The position numbers were made by a program, and so were the translations under genes. This document shows positions 61,651 through 64,000 of a stretch of 64,000 nucleotides of DNA, piece by piece (within the stretch, counting starts at the first letter, position 1; every line of letters begins with the position of its first letter). The stretch covers positions 1,364,001-1,428,000 of the forward strand of contig AP026127.1 in assembly GCA_030295235.1 (NCBI GenBank), read 5' to 3'. The notes under the pieces were generated by a model. The model made no database searches, had not been told where the DNA came from, and saw only the letters and a program-made list of their open reading frames with translations. This DNA is from Fistulifera solaris. Taxonomy: Eukaryota.

Positions 61651-62458
61651 TTCCAAACTCCGCGATATCCAAGAGTCAAGAGTTGGTATCATTCACCATC
61701 TTCCGACAACAGTTTTCGAGGATCACAGCATAATGCAGCTCAGGGAGGATGTTCTCGTGACTTCATATTGAACGACAGAAACCGCGAAAATCCTACAATG
61801 GTTCGGGAAGTCGTCGGAAGTTAGCGAAGCGTGATCGGTATACGCGGCTGTTCCTCCTTTCATTAGATAAACGGTATACAATATTTTGCGAGAACTACTA
61901 CACCTGCAATAGAAATGTGCTGGTTCATCTATAACATCGTCGAAAAAATGAGACATGCAAGACGCAAACGCAAATATGGCGCAAACGCAAAACGCGTCCG
62001 TGAAAAAGCATGTCTGTCTGACAAGCGGACAAAGATCCAACGGCCAGCGGCAAGACTACTATACGCTTGTTCTGTAGTCGGTCCGTGTTCGGCGTGTGGC
62101 ATCCTCACAAAATCAACTTCCGTCCGATCTTCCGGAAGTTTGAAGAACACGGAGCGGTGAATGTCAGAACTGCGCTTTGCACGTCAGAAACGGTACTTGA
62201 AAGTACAATTTGATATTATACATGAGAACCGCATCGCCTTCTCGTTCGCTTTCGGAGCCATAGTAACGCAGAAAGATCCACCGATCCACCGACAAAAAAT
62301 TCCGCAAAAAGCGAACAACCGGCCCACCACGACAAAGAACGAGTGATGAAGAGATCTTGAAGATCACTTTCCTTCCATTTGCACCGTTCATTTGCTCTCG
62401 TGAAAGAGCGATTTGAAGTAACCAGACCTCAATACAAGCACAAAAGACACACACAATC

Positions 62459-64000
62459 ATGTTCTTACGCAACGCTGCTCATCAACTCTCTCGTACATCG
62501 AACATTCCCTACGCCGTCGCTCGTCGAGCCTTTGCGGCGTTGCCTCAGTTTGAAGATTACGGCAAAAACGTCTTCACGGGGAAAGTTGCCGATGAATACT
62601 TGAAGAAACACGGTGCTTCGGGAGCTATCTTGAAGGATCCGACTTGGGTTGCGACTCATTCGGATGTTGTAGCGAATGCTGTCTTTGATTGGTAAGTCGG
62701 TCGTTGAAAGGCATCGGCGGTCGTCGTCGTCGTCGTCGTCGAACTCTTGAAGACAAAAGATTCGACCGTTGAATCATTTACATTGTAAACTCATTTCTCA
62801 CTTCATGACTCTCACTTGACTTTCCTTCACTTCTCAATTACTTCTTATTTACTCGCTTTCTGTAGGGCCCTCGACAACGGAGCCAACGTCTACTGCCACT
62901 GGTTTCAGCCGATGGGTGCATCGGGTGTTCGACACGGTCAAACCGGTCAAGTGCACAACATGATGCTTCAGTTCAACAAGGATAACGAAGTCGTCAAGGA
63001 CTTCAAGGGAAAGACTCTCATTAAGGGTGAAACTGACGGTTCGTCTTACCCCAACGGTGGTCTCCGAGGAACCCATCAAGCTGGAGGATACATTGCTGTC
63101 GACACGTCGTCGCCCATCTTCCTTCGAGGAGATACCATCTTCATTCCCTCCGTCTTCGTTTCCTACTACGGTGCCGCTTTGGATGAAAAGACACCTCTCC
63201 TCCGTGCCAACGCCGCGCTCGACAAGCAGGGTAGTCGTCTTCTCAAACTCTTGGGCTTGGATACGTCCTCGGGTGTCTGCACCAACATTGGTCTCGAACA
63301 GGAAATCTTCCTCATCCCCCGTGAGCAGTACTACCGACGTCCCGACTTGCAAATGACGGGACGTACCGTCATCGGAAAGGACGCTCCCCGTGGTCAAGAA
63401 TTGTGCGATCACTACATGGCTCCGCTTTCCACTTCGACCGCGGCCTTGGCCTGCATGCAAGAAATCCAGGACGAGTGCTGGCGCATCGGTATCCCCCCTT
63501 AAGACACGCCATCGTGAAGTCGCTCCCAACCAGTTCGAATTCGCTCCTCTTTACGGAACCAACACGACACAAATCGATCAGAACTTGATGGTCATGCAAA
63601 TCATCGAAGAAGTGGCCGTCAAACACGGTTTGGCCGCTCTCATGCAAGAGAAGCCATTCAATGGAATCAACGGATCCGGAAAGCACAACAACTGGTCCAT
63701 TGCTACACGAGATGGTGTCAACTTGTTGGACCCCGACAGCCTCACCAAGGCGTCCGGCAACAGTGCCGCCTTTCCCATTGTCATGGCGGCCATCATTTCC
63801 GCCGTTGATCAGCACGGTGATTTGATGCGTGCGGCCATTTCCTCGCCCGGAAATGACTTCCGTCTCGGTGCCTGCGAGGCGCCTCCCGCCATTGTCTCGG
63901 CCTACTTGGGTGATGACATGACCAAGTACTTGGAAGCATTCAAGAACGGAAGTGACGTCAAATACGAGCCCGCCAAGAAGACACTCGATCTAGGTACTCG
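62459..64000 (+). CDS. glnN: Glutamine synthetase type III, mitochondrial; intron 62692-62865; frameshift in C-run 63493-63498; runs off the window
   Basis: 'YCHWFQP', 'GETDGSSYPNGGLRGTH.AGGY', 'IGLEQE', 'TRHREVAPNQFEFAP', 'EKPFNGINGSGKHNNWS', 'NDFRLGACEAPP'; Arg/Ala-rich transit peptide. Confidence 0.96.

Noticed and set aside
63490..63505. Programmed ribosomal frameshift in GSIII and other genes
   Set aside because: Better explained by homopolymer sequencing errors seen throughout the window

Overview
Eukaryotic nuclear DNA, almost certainly a pennate diatom: short GT-AG introns, mitochondrial GSIII, an NPSC-motif gene family, and a degenerate family I associate with Fistulifera (species assignment is inference only). 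Housekeeping genes include TMEM19/DUF92, a Gfo/Idh/MocA oxidoreductase, a BTB protein, a giant LRR membrane protein, a phosphagen kinase-like gene, a CLC transporter, PFK, a GT32 glycosyltransferase, an RCC1-repeat gene, a ZDS/PDS-like flavoprotein and GSIII. They flank a repeat-rich accessory core at about 11-48 kb. Highlights of that core: (1) a 4.6-kb satellite of about 21 monomers (211-228 bp), bracketed by two oppositely oriented copies of a 79-bp hairpin and preceded by a 5'-truncated CRE-type retrotransposon; (2) a 0.5-kb leader module found three times, each about 160-170 bp upstream of a different gene, two of which are domain-swapped paralogs (C2H2-F-box-kinase and C2H2-Tudor); (3) a TET/JBP-like 2OG-Fe(II) dioxygenase among several Tudor-domain genes; (4) a hierarchical 53/370-bp minisatellite with palindromic cores. 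Many genes carry single-base frameshifts in homopolymers, suggesting an unpolished long-read assembly, so pseudogene calls are tentative. All family assignments come from reading motifs; no searches were run.
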